This document shows positions 1-9,067 of a stretch of DNA of 64,000 nucleotides, piece after piece (position 1 is the stretch's first letter; each line of letters starts with the position of its first letter). The DNA is from Oligoflexales bacterium. Lineage in GTDB: Bacteria; Bdellovibrionota_B; Oligoflexia; Oligoflexales; JALZUQ01. The translations under genes were made by a program, and so were the position numbers. The stretch lies in contig JALZUO010000016.1 in assembly GCA_023301565.1 (NCBI GenBank), positions 6,967 through 70,966 on the forward strand, given 5' to 3'. The notes below the pieces were generated by a model. That model searched no databases and was not told the origin of the DNA. It worked only from the letters and a program-made list of their open reading frames with translations.

Positions 1-2
1 AA

Positions 3-1817
3 GCAAGCCTTGCTGCTTTCCGTGCTAAAAACGATCCTTATCAAGTTGTTAGAAGCCCATCAATTTTGAATTCAGGCCGCAGCTGCGCTGAATGGCGCGA
101 GCCACAAAAACCAGCCATACTACCCACAGCAAACCATATAGAGGCGGTTGATACCTCACCAGGAGCTCATTTAATACCGACAGTAGAAGCTGCAAAAAAG
201 CTGGACTTTCCATCAGCCTTGGATGCTGAAAACGTAGCTACCGAGCTTTCCAGTGAAGCCAGTGGGACCACTATCCTCCTCGACAAAGAGCAAGAAGCTC
301 AGCTCGAAAACATAGATAAAGACCTATATGAAAAACCATCATCAGCTTTTTTTGTTCAATCTAAAAACCTAGAGCTTAGCCAAGAGCAAGAAAGAAAGCT
401 GCGCGAAACCGGCGATCTTTTAGTTAAAACATTTATAGAGTTTGGAGTTAAAGGCTCTGTTATTGCTATTCAACCTGGACCTGTGGTGACTGTTTTTGAA
501 TTCAGGCCAGAAGCCGGCGTCAAACAGTCTAAAATCCAAGGCCTTGTTGATGATCTGGCTCTAGCCTTGCGTGTGCAATCTGTTTTTATAGAGCCCGTAA
601 TGGGCAAAAGGGCTTTAGGTATACAGGTACCAAACCAAGACCGGCAAATGGTTCATTTTGGCGATGTGGTCAGTGACGAATCTTTTTTAGCATCAACAGA
701 GCCTTTAGCTTTTGCCGTGGGTAAATCTATTGATGGATCTCCCGTCTGTACTAATTTAAGTAAAATGCCTCACCTTCTAATTGCGGGAGCTACGGGTGCC
801 GGTAAATCTGTTGCGATAAACACGTTTATTTGTTCTGTGATCCTTAAATCTCCACCCGAAGAAGTGCGGATGATTTTAGTTGACCCGAAAATGCTCGAGC
901 TATCTGTTTATGAGGGGATCCCTCACCTACTCATGCCAGTAGTAACAGAGTCAAAACGTGCCGCAGCCGTCTTGAAGTGGGCCGTACATGAAATGGAAAT
1001 GCGTTATCTTATCATGCAGCAGGCAAAGGTAAGAAGCATCGCAGGCTTTAACAAGTTCTGGTCTGCAGCATCTAAAGATCAGAAGACACAGATACTAGAC
1101 AAGCTCGAAGATATAGACAAAAACGCCTACGACGCATTAAACCGCATTGAAGATAAGCTTCCCTATATTCTTATCATCATCGATGAACTTGCTGACCTCA
1201 TGCTTACAGCCCCCAAAGAAGTGGAGTCGCTTATCCAGCGGCTGGCTCAAAAAGCAAGGGCTAGCGGTATTCATATGGTTCTTGCAACACAGCGGCCTTC
1301 CGTGGATGTGATCACCGGAGTTATAAAAGCAAACCTTCCGTGCAGAACTGCACTGCAGGTAGTTTCTAAGCACGACAGCAGAACCATACTTGATCAAATA
1401 GGAGCCGAAAGACTGCTCGGAAAAGGCGACATGCTTTTACAGCGCCCAGGAGCAGGCAGGCTAGAGCGGATTCAAGGTGCCTTTGTAAGTGACGACGAAG
1501 TGGTTCAATTTGTAGAAGATGTAAAAAAGAAAAATGCAAAACTCTCTTATGACGCTGCGGTTATGGATTGGGTCGAAAGTAACCGTGAGGATAAGAGCCA
1601 AGGCCCGGTAAAAGACTCAGACCTTGACTCAAAATATGAAGAGTCTTGCGACATCGCAGCGCGGCAAGGTACAATTAGCGCCTCGTTCCTGCAACGCCAG
1701 CTAAAAGTCGGTTACAATCGAGCTGCCCGCATCGTAGATCAGATGGAGTCCAGAGGACTAATTTCTCCACCAGATGGATCAAAACCACGAACCTGGCTAG
1801 GTTCGTCAGAAATTTGA
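3..1817 (+). CDS. ftsK: DNA translocase FtsK/SpoIIIE, motor and gamma domains; 5' end runs off the window
   Basis: The reading frame is open from nt 3, with no stop upstream of the ORF-track start at 66, so the N-terminal membrane part lies outside the window. Motifs: Walker A GATGAGKS, Walker B IIIDELADL, ATQRPS. C-terminal winged-helix-like SFLQRQLKVGYNRAARIVDQME. Confidence 0.9.
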   Translation, partial: ASLAAFRAKNDPYQVVRSPSILNSGRSCAEWREPQKPAILPTANHIEAVDTSPGAHLIPTVEAAKKLDFPSALDAENVATELSSEASGTTILLDKEQEAQLENIDKDLYEKPSSAFFVQSKNLELSQEQERKLRETGDLLVKTFIEFGVKGSVIAIQPGPVVTVFEFRPEAGVKQSKIQGLVDDLALALRVQSVFIEPVMGKRALGIQVPNQDRQMVHFGDVVSDESFLASTEPLAFAVGKSIDGSPVCTNLSKMPHLLIAGATGAGKSVAINTFICSVILKSPPEEVRMILVDPKMLELSVYEGIPHLLMPVVTESKRAAAVLKWAVHEMEMRYLIMQQAKVRSIAGFNKFWSAASKDQKTQILDKLEDIDKNAYDALNRIEDKLPYILIIIDELADLMLTAPKEVESLIQRLAQKARASGIHMVLATQRPSVDVITGVIKANLPCRTALQVVSKHDSRTILDQIGAERLLGKGDMLLQRPGAGRLERIQGAFVSDDEVVQFVEDVKKKNAKLSYDAAVMDWVESNREDKSQGPVKDSDLDSKYEESCDIAARQGTISASFLQRQLKVGYNRAARIVDQMESRGLISPPDGSKPRTWLGSSEI

Positions 1818-1888
1818 CCCCTTATTTTACTTTAGCCATGCGTGGTAAAATATATTATTCAATTTGATCTATTTTTGAGGAGTGCATA

Positions 1889-2302
1889 ATGAGTAGCAAA
1901 TTATTTTTCGCAGTATTGGCCAGTATGGGGCTATTGTTTTCTTGTTCAGGCAAAGACAAGGAAGTTGTAGAAGTAATCAAAGAAAAATCAACGCCAATAG
2001 TACAACAACCGGTCATTATCGACCAACCTGTTCTTATAGAAAAAACCGGAATTTCAGGCACAGTAAAAGACATGGTTTCTACAGCAAAAACCATCACGGG
2101 AGATGTAGCATGTACTGCAGGTGAAGACACCCGTAAAATACAGGTAACAACCAATAACAGCGGATGCCAGGTTGTATACACTAAGTTTGGAGCAGAGTCT
2201 GAGGTTGCAAATGCAGCAAATGATATGAGTTATTGTGAAAGCGTTTCTAATAAGATTCAAGGAAACCTAAGCGCAGCTGGGTTTGCCTGCACCAATCAGT
2301 AG
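1889..2302 (+). CDS. Small Cys-containing lipoprotein, unknown function
   Basis: GAGGAG Shine-Dalgarno sequence sits 7 nt upstream of the ATG. Signal peptide with near-canonical lipobox LLFSC. Four further Cys residues in the mature part. No family recognised. Confidence 0.65.
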   Translation: MSSKLFFAVLASMGLLFSCSGKDKEVVEVIKEKSTPIVQQPVIIDQPVLIEKTGISGTVKDMVSTAKTITGDVACTAGEDTRKIQVTTNNSGCQVVYTKFGAESEVANAANDMSYCESVSNKIQGNLSAAGFACTNQ

Positions 2303-2808
2303 TTGTAAGCACTGCTGACAACTAAAGTTGACGAGCGGTTTTTTGCTTTTTTCAAAGCGGAGAACCGCTTATCTTTTTGGGTTTTAATTTTAATGCCCTT
2401 TTGAACCAGGTTAGGATGTTTCTTTTTTATTTTTCTCATATGGCGGTAATGGTCTTCGTATTTGCACGGGCTCTTTGCTTCCAAAACTACCGGAAATGCT
2501 TTTTGGATCATTTTCTGCATGCTGCCAGGCCTTAAGATCTTTACTATAGCTAAGCTACGCCTTTTATGAACAACCTTTTTAAGAATTCGTCCCTCGGCAA
2601 CAAACCTAGCGTGTTCGTCTAGAATGTGAACTACGTCGCCGCGATCTCCGCCATCTACATAAACGGCACATTTCAATGTTTTATTTGAACACTTATGAAC
2701 GCCACTAGAAGCATCGGCTTCCTGCGAAAACAAAAACACGCCAAAAAGTGTCATACAAACAGGTAGCAAAAAAGAGCTTTTTCTAAATTTAACAAATGAG
2801 CTAGCCAC
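2296..2808 (-). CDS. Hypothetical exported protein with a very basic C-terminus
   Basis: GTG start preceded by GGAAGAAGGA. N-terminal hydrophobic signal-like segment ending EADA. Lys/Arg-rich C-terminal third. Overlaps the convergent lipoprotein gene by 7 nt. No family recognised. Confidence 0.45.
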   Translation of the reverse strand: MASSFVKFRKSSFLLPVCMTLFGVFLFSQEADASSGVHKCSNKTLKCAVYVDGGDRGDVVHILDEHARFVAEGRILKKVVHKRRSLAIVKILRPGSMQKMIQKAFPVVLEAKSPCKYEDHYRHMRKIKKKHPNLVQKGIKIKTQKDKRFSALKKAKNRSSTLVVSSAYNY

Positions 2809-2834
2809 GGTAATCCTTCTTCCACTTCAACAGT

Positions 2835-2850
2835 GTGTACATTTGTACAC
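2835..2850. promoter_or_regulatory. Perfect 7-bp-arm palindrome GTGTACA-TT-TGTACAC, candidate operator in the divergent spacer upstream of gcvT
   Basis: Read directly from the sequence. It lies 27 nt from the start of the 2296..2808 gene and 223 nt upstream of the gcvT ATG. No cognate regulator is identified. Confidence 0.3.
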
Positions 2851-3072
2851 TTTCAACAATCAACTTATAAGAGCAGGCTATTAGAACGCAGCCAGCTTTG
2901 GCTGCCTCTACCCTTGATAGATGCAAACTCTTTGCCAATTAAAATTATAGTATTTCCAGCTACTTACCAGAAAGCTGCCGGAAATTCTGTCAACTTTTTA
3001 CATACTCCAACAACGTTATTACACTTTGTGCGGCCATTTTGCCCTAAAAGCAGAGACCCAGGAGACTTACCA

Positions 3073-4206
3073 ATGGAACAGCAAACGCCTGTAGCGGAAA
3101 CCCACAAGCAGCTTGGAGCGAAACTCATCCCGTTTGCAGGCTGGAATATGCCTCTACACTATGGGTCTGTACTAGCCGAACATAAGGCCGTGCGAGAACA
3201 AGCAGGTGTTTTCGACGTAAGCCATATGTGTGTTTTCGAATTCAAAAACCAGACACTTGCAGAAAAAATTTTCTCTATCGATTTTAGCACGCTCAAAAAA
3301 GGAGAGGCTAGATACGGATTAATTCTAACCGATAATGGTGGCGTATTAGAAGATGGTATCGTTTACAACGTCGATGGAAAAATATGGGCTTGCACTAACG
3401 CAGCGAACCACAGCCAGGTTTCTGAATGGATAGCAAAACAATCCAATGATAAAACCGACTACAAAGACCACAGTGGCCAAGTTGGCATACTCGCAATTCA
3501 AGGGCCAGAAACTGTAAAAGTCTTAAAAAAACTGCTGGGTCCCAAAAACTTTTTGGAAGCGGTCGAATTGGAGTTTATGCAAGTAAGCTCACAGCTGCCA
3601 TTGCTCGAGTGCTTTGGGCCTCTAGAAAAACAACCTTGTTTTATTGCAAGGTCCGGATACACGGGCGAACAAGGATTTGAATTTTTTGTTCCAGCAGGCA
3701 AAGCAAAGGCTCTTTTTGATAGCATTGTTCAAGCTGGCACCAAACCTGTAGGCCTTGGTGCAAGGGATACTCTTCGCCTAGAAGCCTGCTTCCACCTTCA
3801 TGGTAGCGATATGAACGGTGAAAAAAACCCGTTTGAAGTTGGTCTTGGTTGGTCCATCCCCAAAGAAGGTAGGGGTTTTTACATAGGAAAAAATGCTCTC
3901 GAGAAATTGACCGCAGAAGATAAAAAAAAGCAGCTGATCGCCTTCACCCTAGAAGAAAGAGGCATACCTAGATCGGGCATGGAAATTTACAGCGAGAAAA
4001 ACAGCGGCCGCCCAATGGGGATAGTCACAAGTGGCGGCTTTCTTCCCACGATTGGCAAAGGCGGCGGGTTGGCTCTTTTAGACAAAGGCAGCAGTCTGGA
4101 AATGAATGAGCTATTTAAAATCAGTATTCGCGGCAAGCTTTTTGATGCTAAAAGATGCAAGCTTCCGCTTTACCCTAGCAAGGCAAAAGAGACTCTGAAA
4201 TATTAA
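3073..4206 (+). CDS. gcvT: Glycine cleavage system aminomethyltransferase (T protein)
   Basis: Start moved to the ATG at 3073, which is preceded by AGGAG. The N-terminus TPVAETHKQLGAKLIPFAGWNMPLHYGS...GVFDVSHM is typical of GcvT. It is followed by gcvH. The 80 codons upstream in the ORF track look non-coding. Confidence 0.9.
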   Translation: MEQQTPVAETHKQLGAKLIPFAGWNMPLHYGSVLAEHKAVREQAGVFDVSHMCVFEFKNQTLAEKIFSIDFSTLKKGEARYGLILTDNGGVLEDGIVYNVDGKIWACTNAANHSQVSEWIAKQSNDKTDYKDHSGQVGILAIQGPETVKVLKKLLGPKNFLEAVELEFMQVSSQLPLLECFGPLEKQPCFIARSGYTGEQGFEFFVPAGKAKALFDSIVQAGTKPVGLGARDTLRLEACFHLHGSDMNGEKNPFEVGLGWSIPKEGRGFYIGKNALEKLTAEDKKKQLIAFTLEERGIPRSGMEIYSEKNSGRPMGIVTSGGFLPTIGKGGGLALLDKGSSLEMNELFKISIRGKLFDAKRCKLPLYPSKAKETLKY

Positions 4207-4242
4207 AAAAGTAATTTTAATGAAGACTTGAGGAGATAACAC

Positions 4243-4614
4243 ATGTACCCAGAAAATTTAAAATATACCAAAGACCACGAATGGATCAACCAAGCTACAT
4301 CGCCAGTAGAGGTAGGAGTCACATCTTTTGCTGTCGAACAGCTTGGAGACATCGTTCACCTTGACCTGCCAGATGTTGGCTCTGAAGTGAAGCATGGAGA
4401 TGCCTTTGGCACGATCGAGTCTACCAAAACAGTGTCAGACCTTTACGCTCCGATTTCTGGCAAAATAGTCGAAATCAATAAAGAATTAGCGGAAAAACCG
4501 GAGTCTTTACAAAACTCTGAGAGCGGAAAAAAGTGGCTTATTAAGGTTGAGTCTTCAGGTGAAAACGCAGAGCTATTGAGTGCAGCTGATTATGAAGCTT
4601 ATATTAAAGAATAA
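4243..4614 (+). CDS. gcvH: Glycine cleavage system H protein (lipoyl carrier)
   Basis: 123 aa. YTKDHEWI N-terminus and lipoyl-lysine motif GTIESTKTVSDLYAP. Strong GAGGAG Shine-Dalgarno sequence. Confidence 0.92.
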   Translation: MYPENLKYTKDHEWINQATSPVEVGVTSFAVEQLGDIVHLDLPDVGSEVKHGDAFGTIESTKTVSDLYAPISGKIVEINKELAEKPESLQNSESGKKWLIKVESSGENAELLSAADYEAYIKE

Positions 4615-4620
4615 ATACTT

Positions 4621-5577
4621 TTATAAATCAATATCTCGATGATCTAAGACGTAGTCAACGCCGCTTGTTTTCTTAAGAGCTGCATGCAACCGTTCGGCAC
4701 TCGCGACGCTGCGGTGTTTGCCTCCCGTACAACCTATACCGATATTTAGGTAGCTTTTACCCTCGTTGCGGTAAAGCGGAATGAGGTTTTGCACCACCTT
4801 AAAAAAATCTTCGACGTGCCGAAAACTCTCGTCCGCAAACACAAAGTCCTGGATCTCTTTTGTTTTGCCTGTCTTCGGCTTTAGTTCGGGTATATAGTGT
4901 GGGTTACGCAAAAAACGAACGTCGAATAAAAGGTCCAAAGGTCTTGGCGCTCCATGCTTAAACCCAAAGCTAAGAATCTTTATAACCAAAGATCTAGCAT
5001 TAGACTCTGTTCCATACTTTTCCTCTAAAACTCGACGCAATTGCCGCGCTGACAGTAGACTGCTGTCAAGCTCAACATCTGAAACACCGAGCAAGTCTTC
5101 AAGGAGTTGAACATTGGACTCAATCGCTTTTTTAAGATCGTCTAAGCCTGCAACTTTTCGCATAGGGTGTGGCCGTCTTGTTTCTTGGTAACGCTTGAGT
5201 AAAACTGATACTTCACAGCTTAAAAATAGCCAATGCGTGTTTTGGGTGCCTATTTTCTTGCGCAGTGAATCAGCACTTTTTCCAGACCAAAGGTAGGCCA
5301 AAACATCCAGGCCAATAGCCAGGGGGGTTGTCGGCCTCGCACTCAAATGTTCTTGCACAAGCTGCGGGACCAAATCCACGGGAATATTATCACAACACCA
5401 ATAACCAAGGTCTTCCAGAGCACTCAAAGTCACAGATCTGCCAGCACCTGAGTGCCCTGTAACGATAACTACGGGATTTTTTGCGGTACTAATAAAATCT
5501 CTTTCTTTTACTGGAAGGAGGGATCCCCAACGCTTCTCTGTATTTTGCCACTGTCCGACGAGCAAGCTGAACCCCAC
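4621..5577 (-). CDS. rapZ: RNase adapter / nucleotide-binding protein RapZ (YhbJ family); start uncertain
   Basis: P-loop GHSGAGRS followed by LSALEDLGYWCCDNIP. C-terminal GCTGGKHRSV motif. Sits directly downstream of rpoN. The ORF-track GTG start at 5577 would overlap rpoN by 89 nt, and I found no canonical in-frame start closer to the P-loop. Confidence 0.85.
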   Translation of the reverse strand: MGFSLLVGQWQNTEKRWGSLLPVKERDFISTAKNPVVIVTGHSGAGRSVTLSALEDLGYWCCDNIPVDLVPQLVQEHLSARPTTPLAIGLDVLAYLWSGKSADSLRKKIGTQNTHWLFLSCEVSVLLKRYQETRRPHPMRKVAGLDDLKKAIESNVQLLEDLLGVSDVELDSSLLSARQLRRVLEEKYGTESNARSLVIKILSFGFKHGAPRPLDLLFDVRFLRNPHYIPELKPKTGKTKEIQDFVFADESFRHVEDFFKVVQNLIPLYRNEGKSYLNIGIGCTGGKHRSVASAERLHAALKKTSGVDYVLDHRDIDL

Positions 5578-6946
5578 GCCCCTCTAAGTAGTCAACAATC
5601 TTCTGGTCAGAATAGGGCTTTTTTGCATCTTCACCCTTTACGTAAGTTCCGATCATGCTGCGAACGGCTTCGCTAGATATTTCTTCTCCACCTACCAGTT
5701 GAACAGAGTTGTTGAAAAAATATTTTAACTCAAAAACACCGCGAGGTGTGTGTATAAATTTATTAGTAGTAACTCTGCTCACCGTAGATTCATGCATTTC
5801 TATATCTTCTGACACATCTTTTAAAATCATCGGTTTTAAATGTTCGACACCTTTTTCAAAAAAATCAAGCTGCCTTCGTAAAATTGACTGTGTCACCTTT
5901 ACAATGGTCCTCTTGCGCTGGTAAATACTTCGAATTAACCAATGTGCGTTTTTGATTTTTTCGTCCAAATATTCTTTTTCAGCTTTTTTAACTTTGTCGT
6001 CTTCAGCTAGCCCTGAATAGTAATTAGATATTTTTAGATCAGGAAGACCGTCTTCGTTTAAGGCGATTTTCCACTCTTCTGCAACCTTAAACAGGTATAC
6101 GTCTGGGACAATGTATAGCTGGTTTGAATCCCCAAAAGGCCTACCAGGAACAGGCTCTAGGCTTGCAATGATTTCAACGTTCTTTTCAATCTCTTCGATT
6201 GTGATCTTAAGGCTTTTTGCAATATGGTCGTAGTTTCTTGTCTCTAGATCGGACAAATGATGTGCGATGATTTTTTCGACGATACCGTTTTTAATACGCA
6301 TATTGCGGACCTGAAGCAGCAAGCATTCTTTAAGGTCTCTTGCACCGACCCCACCAGGATCCATGCGGTGAATAACATCAAGCACGTCTTCAAACGCTTC
6401 CATACTAACTGAAAGTGTTTCAATCAGGTTGTCGTGTCTTGCCTGCAAATAGCCGCGGTCGTCCAAGTTTCCTATAATTTCATTTGCGATTCTTTTTTCT
6501 TCTTCAGATAGGCCTATTTCACCACACTGATCATAGAGATGCTCTCTTAGGGTTTTTCCAACGGTTACAAAGTTTTCGTAGTTAACCTCTTCGCCGGCTT
6601 TAACCCTTCCTCCCCTGCCATCTCCTAGGCGTAGGTAAGACTCCCAGCCCACTTCCTCGCCGTTTCCACCCGTGCGATCGACAATGTCTTTAACAGCGTC
6701 GAGTCTTCCGTCCATCAATTCATCTGCAGATGTCTCTTTTGACTTAGACTCTTCGATAGACGCCTCGCTTTGAGCGTCGATAGACTTTTCTTCTAGAACA
6801 GGGTTTTCTGCGATCTGCGTAGCTACGTACTGCTCGAGCTCAAGACGAGACAACTGTAAAAGCTTGATGGCCTGCTGCAGCGCAGGAGTCATCATCAAGT
6901 TTTGACCTAATTTAAGCCCTTGTTTAAGTTTGAAGTCCAAAGTCAT
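5489..6946 (-). CDS. rpoN: RNA polymerase sigma-54 factor
   Basis: N-terminal region I LKQGLKLGQNLMMTPALQQAIKLLQLS. C-terminal RpoN box ARRTVAKYREALGIP. Sits downstream of lptB. Confidence 0.93.
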   Translation of the reverse strand: MTLDFKLKQGLKLGQNLMMTPALQQAIKLLQLSRLELEQYVATQIAENPVLEEKSIDAQSEASIEESKSKETSADELMDGRLDAVKDIVDRTGGNGEEVGWESYLRLGDGRGGRVKAGEEVNYENFVTVGKTLREHLYDQCGEIGLSEEEKRIANEIIGNLDDRGYLQARHDNLIETLSVSMEAFEDVLDVIHRMDPGGVGARDLKECLLLQVRNMRIKNGIVEKIIAHHLSDLETRNYDHIAKSLKITIEEIEKNVEIIASLEPVPGRPFGDSNQLYIVPDVYLFKVAEEWKIALNEDGLPDLKISNYYSGLAEDDKVKKAEKEYLDEKIKNAHWLIRSIYQRKRTIVKVTQSILRRQLDFFEKGVEHLKPMILKDVSEDIEMHESTVSRVTTNKFIHTPRGVFELKYFFNNSVQLVGGEEISSEAVRSMIGTYVKGEDAKKPYSDQKIVDYLEGRGVQLARRTVAKYREALGIPPSSKRKRFY

Positions 6947-7085
6947 TTCCCCTTGGGTATGTGTGTACCCCTACCCTAGTTCAGATCGGCCTTCTTTGCG
7001 CTTAGCTTAACTCTGCAGCTATAAGCAGCTTAAATATATAGTTTTTTTGAGGATTTTCTACAGTTTTAGAAAACCGCCGCCAAAC

Positions 7086-7817
7086 CTATATAGTAAAGTC
7101 GGTTCCAAGGTAAATCTCTTTGACGAGCTCGGAAGCTAAGATCTTATCAGGACTTCCAGAAGCAATCTCTTTGCCACTTGCCATAATGACAGCTCTGTCG
7201 CAAAGCTCCAAAGTTTCTCTTACGTTGTGGTCGGTGATTAAAACACCCATTCCATCGTTTGCTAGCTTTTTTATAAGCAGCTGTATGTTTTGAACTGTAA
7301 CCGGATCTACGCCCGCAAAAGGTTCGTCTAAAAGCAAGAACTTAGGCTTTGATAAAACAGCTCGCCCAATTTCAACCCGCCGCCTTTCTCCGCCACTAAG
7401 GCTCGCACCTTTTGAGTTTAAAATCCCGCTTAAGCCAAACATCCCAACAACAGAATCAAACGATTCTTTTCGCTCAACCTTGGAGAGCTTTGTCATTTCT
7501 AGGTTAGCCCACAAATTGTCTTTTACAGAAAGCCCTCGATAAATGGACTCTCTTTGTGGCAGGTAACTCATCCCGAGAGCAGAGCGTTTATGCAGTGGGG
7601 TTCCAGTGATGTCTACACCGTTTAGCTCAACCGAGCCGCCATCAGCTCTAGCCAGCCCTACAATCATATAAAAACAGGTCGTTTTTCCAGCCCCATTAGG
7701 GCCAAGGAGCCCAAGAATTTCACCACCATTTACTTGCAAACTGATGCCGTCTACAACTTTTCGCTCTCTAGAATACGATTTAGATATAGACTTGGTTTCA
7801 AGCCGTTGGGTTATCAT
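7086..7817 (-). CDS. lptB: LPS export ABC transporter ATP-binding protein
   Basis: Walker A GPNGAGKTT, signature LSGGERRRVEI, Walker B LLLDEPFAGVDP. ATGA overlap with the upstream lptA-like gene, and rpoN lies downstream. Confidence 0.9.
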   Translation of the reverse strand: MITQRLETKSISKSYSRERKVVDGISLQVNGGEILGLLGPNGAGKTTCFYMIVGLARADGGSVELNGVDITGTPLHKRSALGMSYLPQRESIYRGLSVKDNLWANLEMTKLSKVERKESFDSVVGMFGLSGILNSKGASLSGGERRRVEIGRAVLSKPKFLLLDEPFAGVDPVTVQNIQLLIKKLANDGMGVLITDHNVRETLELCDRAVIMASGKEIASGSPDKILASELVKEIYLGTDFTI

Positions 7818-8491
7818 GGGTTGACTAGCTCCCCTTCTGCTGCAGCTGTTTTAATGACATCTTCTACAATATGATACTCGATTTTCTTACTTTCAAACAC
7901 TTCGGCACCTCCTCTGTTAAGCGATGCTGGGTTGCCTGACATCAGTATTTTTTGCGATTGGTTGTTATATACAAGCGCTGATGACTTTGCTTTTACTGGA
8001 AGCCCTGTCCAAGAGTCTGTCTTTTCTACCCGAACATTTCCAAAAGCCTCTACCCGAATGATTTTTTTCATCCGCTTCCCATAGATCATTTTCGCCCGGT
8101 TCGCCCTCATCTTTAAGTCGCACTTTTCTATGCGGACCGGGTTAGGCAGATTTAAAATTGAGCGAGTTCTATTTAAAAAAGCTCCGTCTGTCCAAAATCT
8201 CAGCTTGCAGCGTTTGAATTTCTGCATCGCTGCTTTTTGTTTTTCACTATTTCTCACCATCGAAACAGCTTCTTTCCCATCTTTTACGGGTGTTTTTTTT
8301 AGTGTTTGTACGCCTACGGGTAAATCTCTCTTGGCTGATTTTTTGCTGGACTCGATTATTTGAACCCTATCATTGCTAAGTTTTTTTCTTGGTTTTTCGA
8401 AAGAATCAATCACATCACAAAAACTGGAAACTTCAAAAAGAAGGCCTAGGACTAAAAAACAAAAAAAGAGCTTAGCGTGCCAATTCATCAT
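7814..8491 (-). CDS. lptA: LptA/OstA-family periplasmic LPS transport protein (context-based)
   Basis: Start moved to the ATGATG at 8491/8488, preceded by GAAGGGG. N-terminal signal peptide. Sits between the lptC-like gene and lptB with translational-coupling overlaps at both ends. Confidence 0.6.
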   Translation of the reverse strand: MMNWHAKLFFCFLVLGLLFEVSSFCDVIDSFEKPRKKLSNDRVQIIESSKKSAKRDLPVGVQTLKKTPVKDGKEAVSMVRNSEKQKAAMQKFKRCKLRFWTDGAFLNRTRSILNLPNPVRIEKCDLKMRANRAKMIYGKRMKKIIRVEAFGNVRVEKTDSWTGLPVKAKSSALVYNNQSQKILMSGNPASLNRGGAEVFESKKIEYHIVEDVIKTAAAEGELVNP

Positions 8492-9062
8492 AAACCCCTT
8501 CGGTTTTACCGAGCAAACGAAGAGTGTTTTTGGCTGAGTCGAAATCAAAACCCTTCTTGCTTTTTATAGAGCCTCTGCGGGAGCTGTATATAGTCCGACT
8601 ATCTGACCAAAGCCTTCTTTCTTTTGGCTTAAAAAAAAGAGAGCGAGAGTAAAGCCTGCCGTCTACAAGCGTGGCCACTACACTGCCTCTTAGCTCCAAC
8701 TTGCTGCCTGAAGCAAAATTAGTATCTGGCGCCAGCTTGAAGCTATTGTTTCCTGACTCAGGCGAAATGATCGCGCCTCTATCAGAGTGAATTATCTTCA
8801 CATTCTTTTCTGAAACAGGCGTTATAGCTACATTCCCATTAAAGCTTATGATGCCCGATGAAAAAAAGGCGGTGTCTGCAGAAATTTCAACTTTTCTATT
8901 CTTGCTACCTAAAAAATTAACCACCGGATTGCTAAAAAATAAACCCGCTGGTTTTCTAGGGTTTTCGGTTTTAGTTTCTGCGCCTGGTCCCTGCAAGGTT
9001 TCTTTAGAATTTGAACATGCGAAAAAAAAGCTCACTAGTAAATATACAGCTAAAAATCGCAA
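8472..9062 (-). CDS. lptC: LptC-like membrane-anchored LPS export protein (context-based)
   Basis: 196 aa with an N-terminal hydrophobic anchor (MRFLAVYLLVSFFFAC) and a beta-rich remainder. It occupies the kdsD-lptC-lptA-lptB position. No strong motif is available. Confidence 0.5.
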   Translation of the reverse strand: MRFLAVYLLVSFFFACSNSKETLQGPGAETKTENPRKPAGLFFSNPVVNFLGSKNRKVEISADTAFFSSGIISFNGNVAITPVSEKNVKIIHSDRGAIISPESGNNSFKLAPDTNFASGSKLELRGSVVATLVDGRLYSRSLFFKPKERRLWSDSRTIYSSRRGSIKSKKGFDFDSAKNTLRLLGKTEGVYDELAR

Positions 9063-9067
9063 ACCAA

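Noticed and set aside
2809-3072. Expected glycine riboswitch upstream of gcvT
   Set aside because: I could not find the conserved cores or the tandem-aptamer architecture by eye. This is kept only as a negative observation that needs a covariance-model scan.
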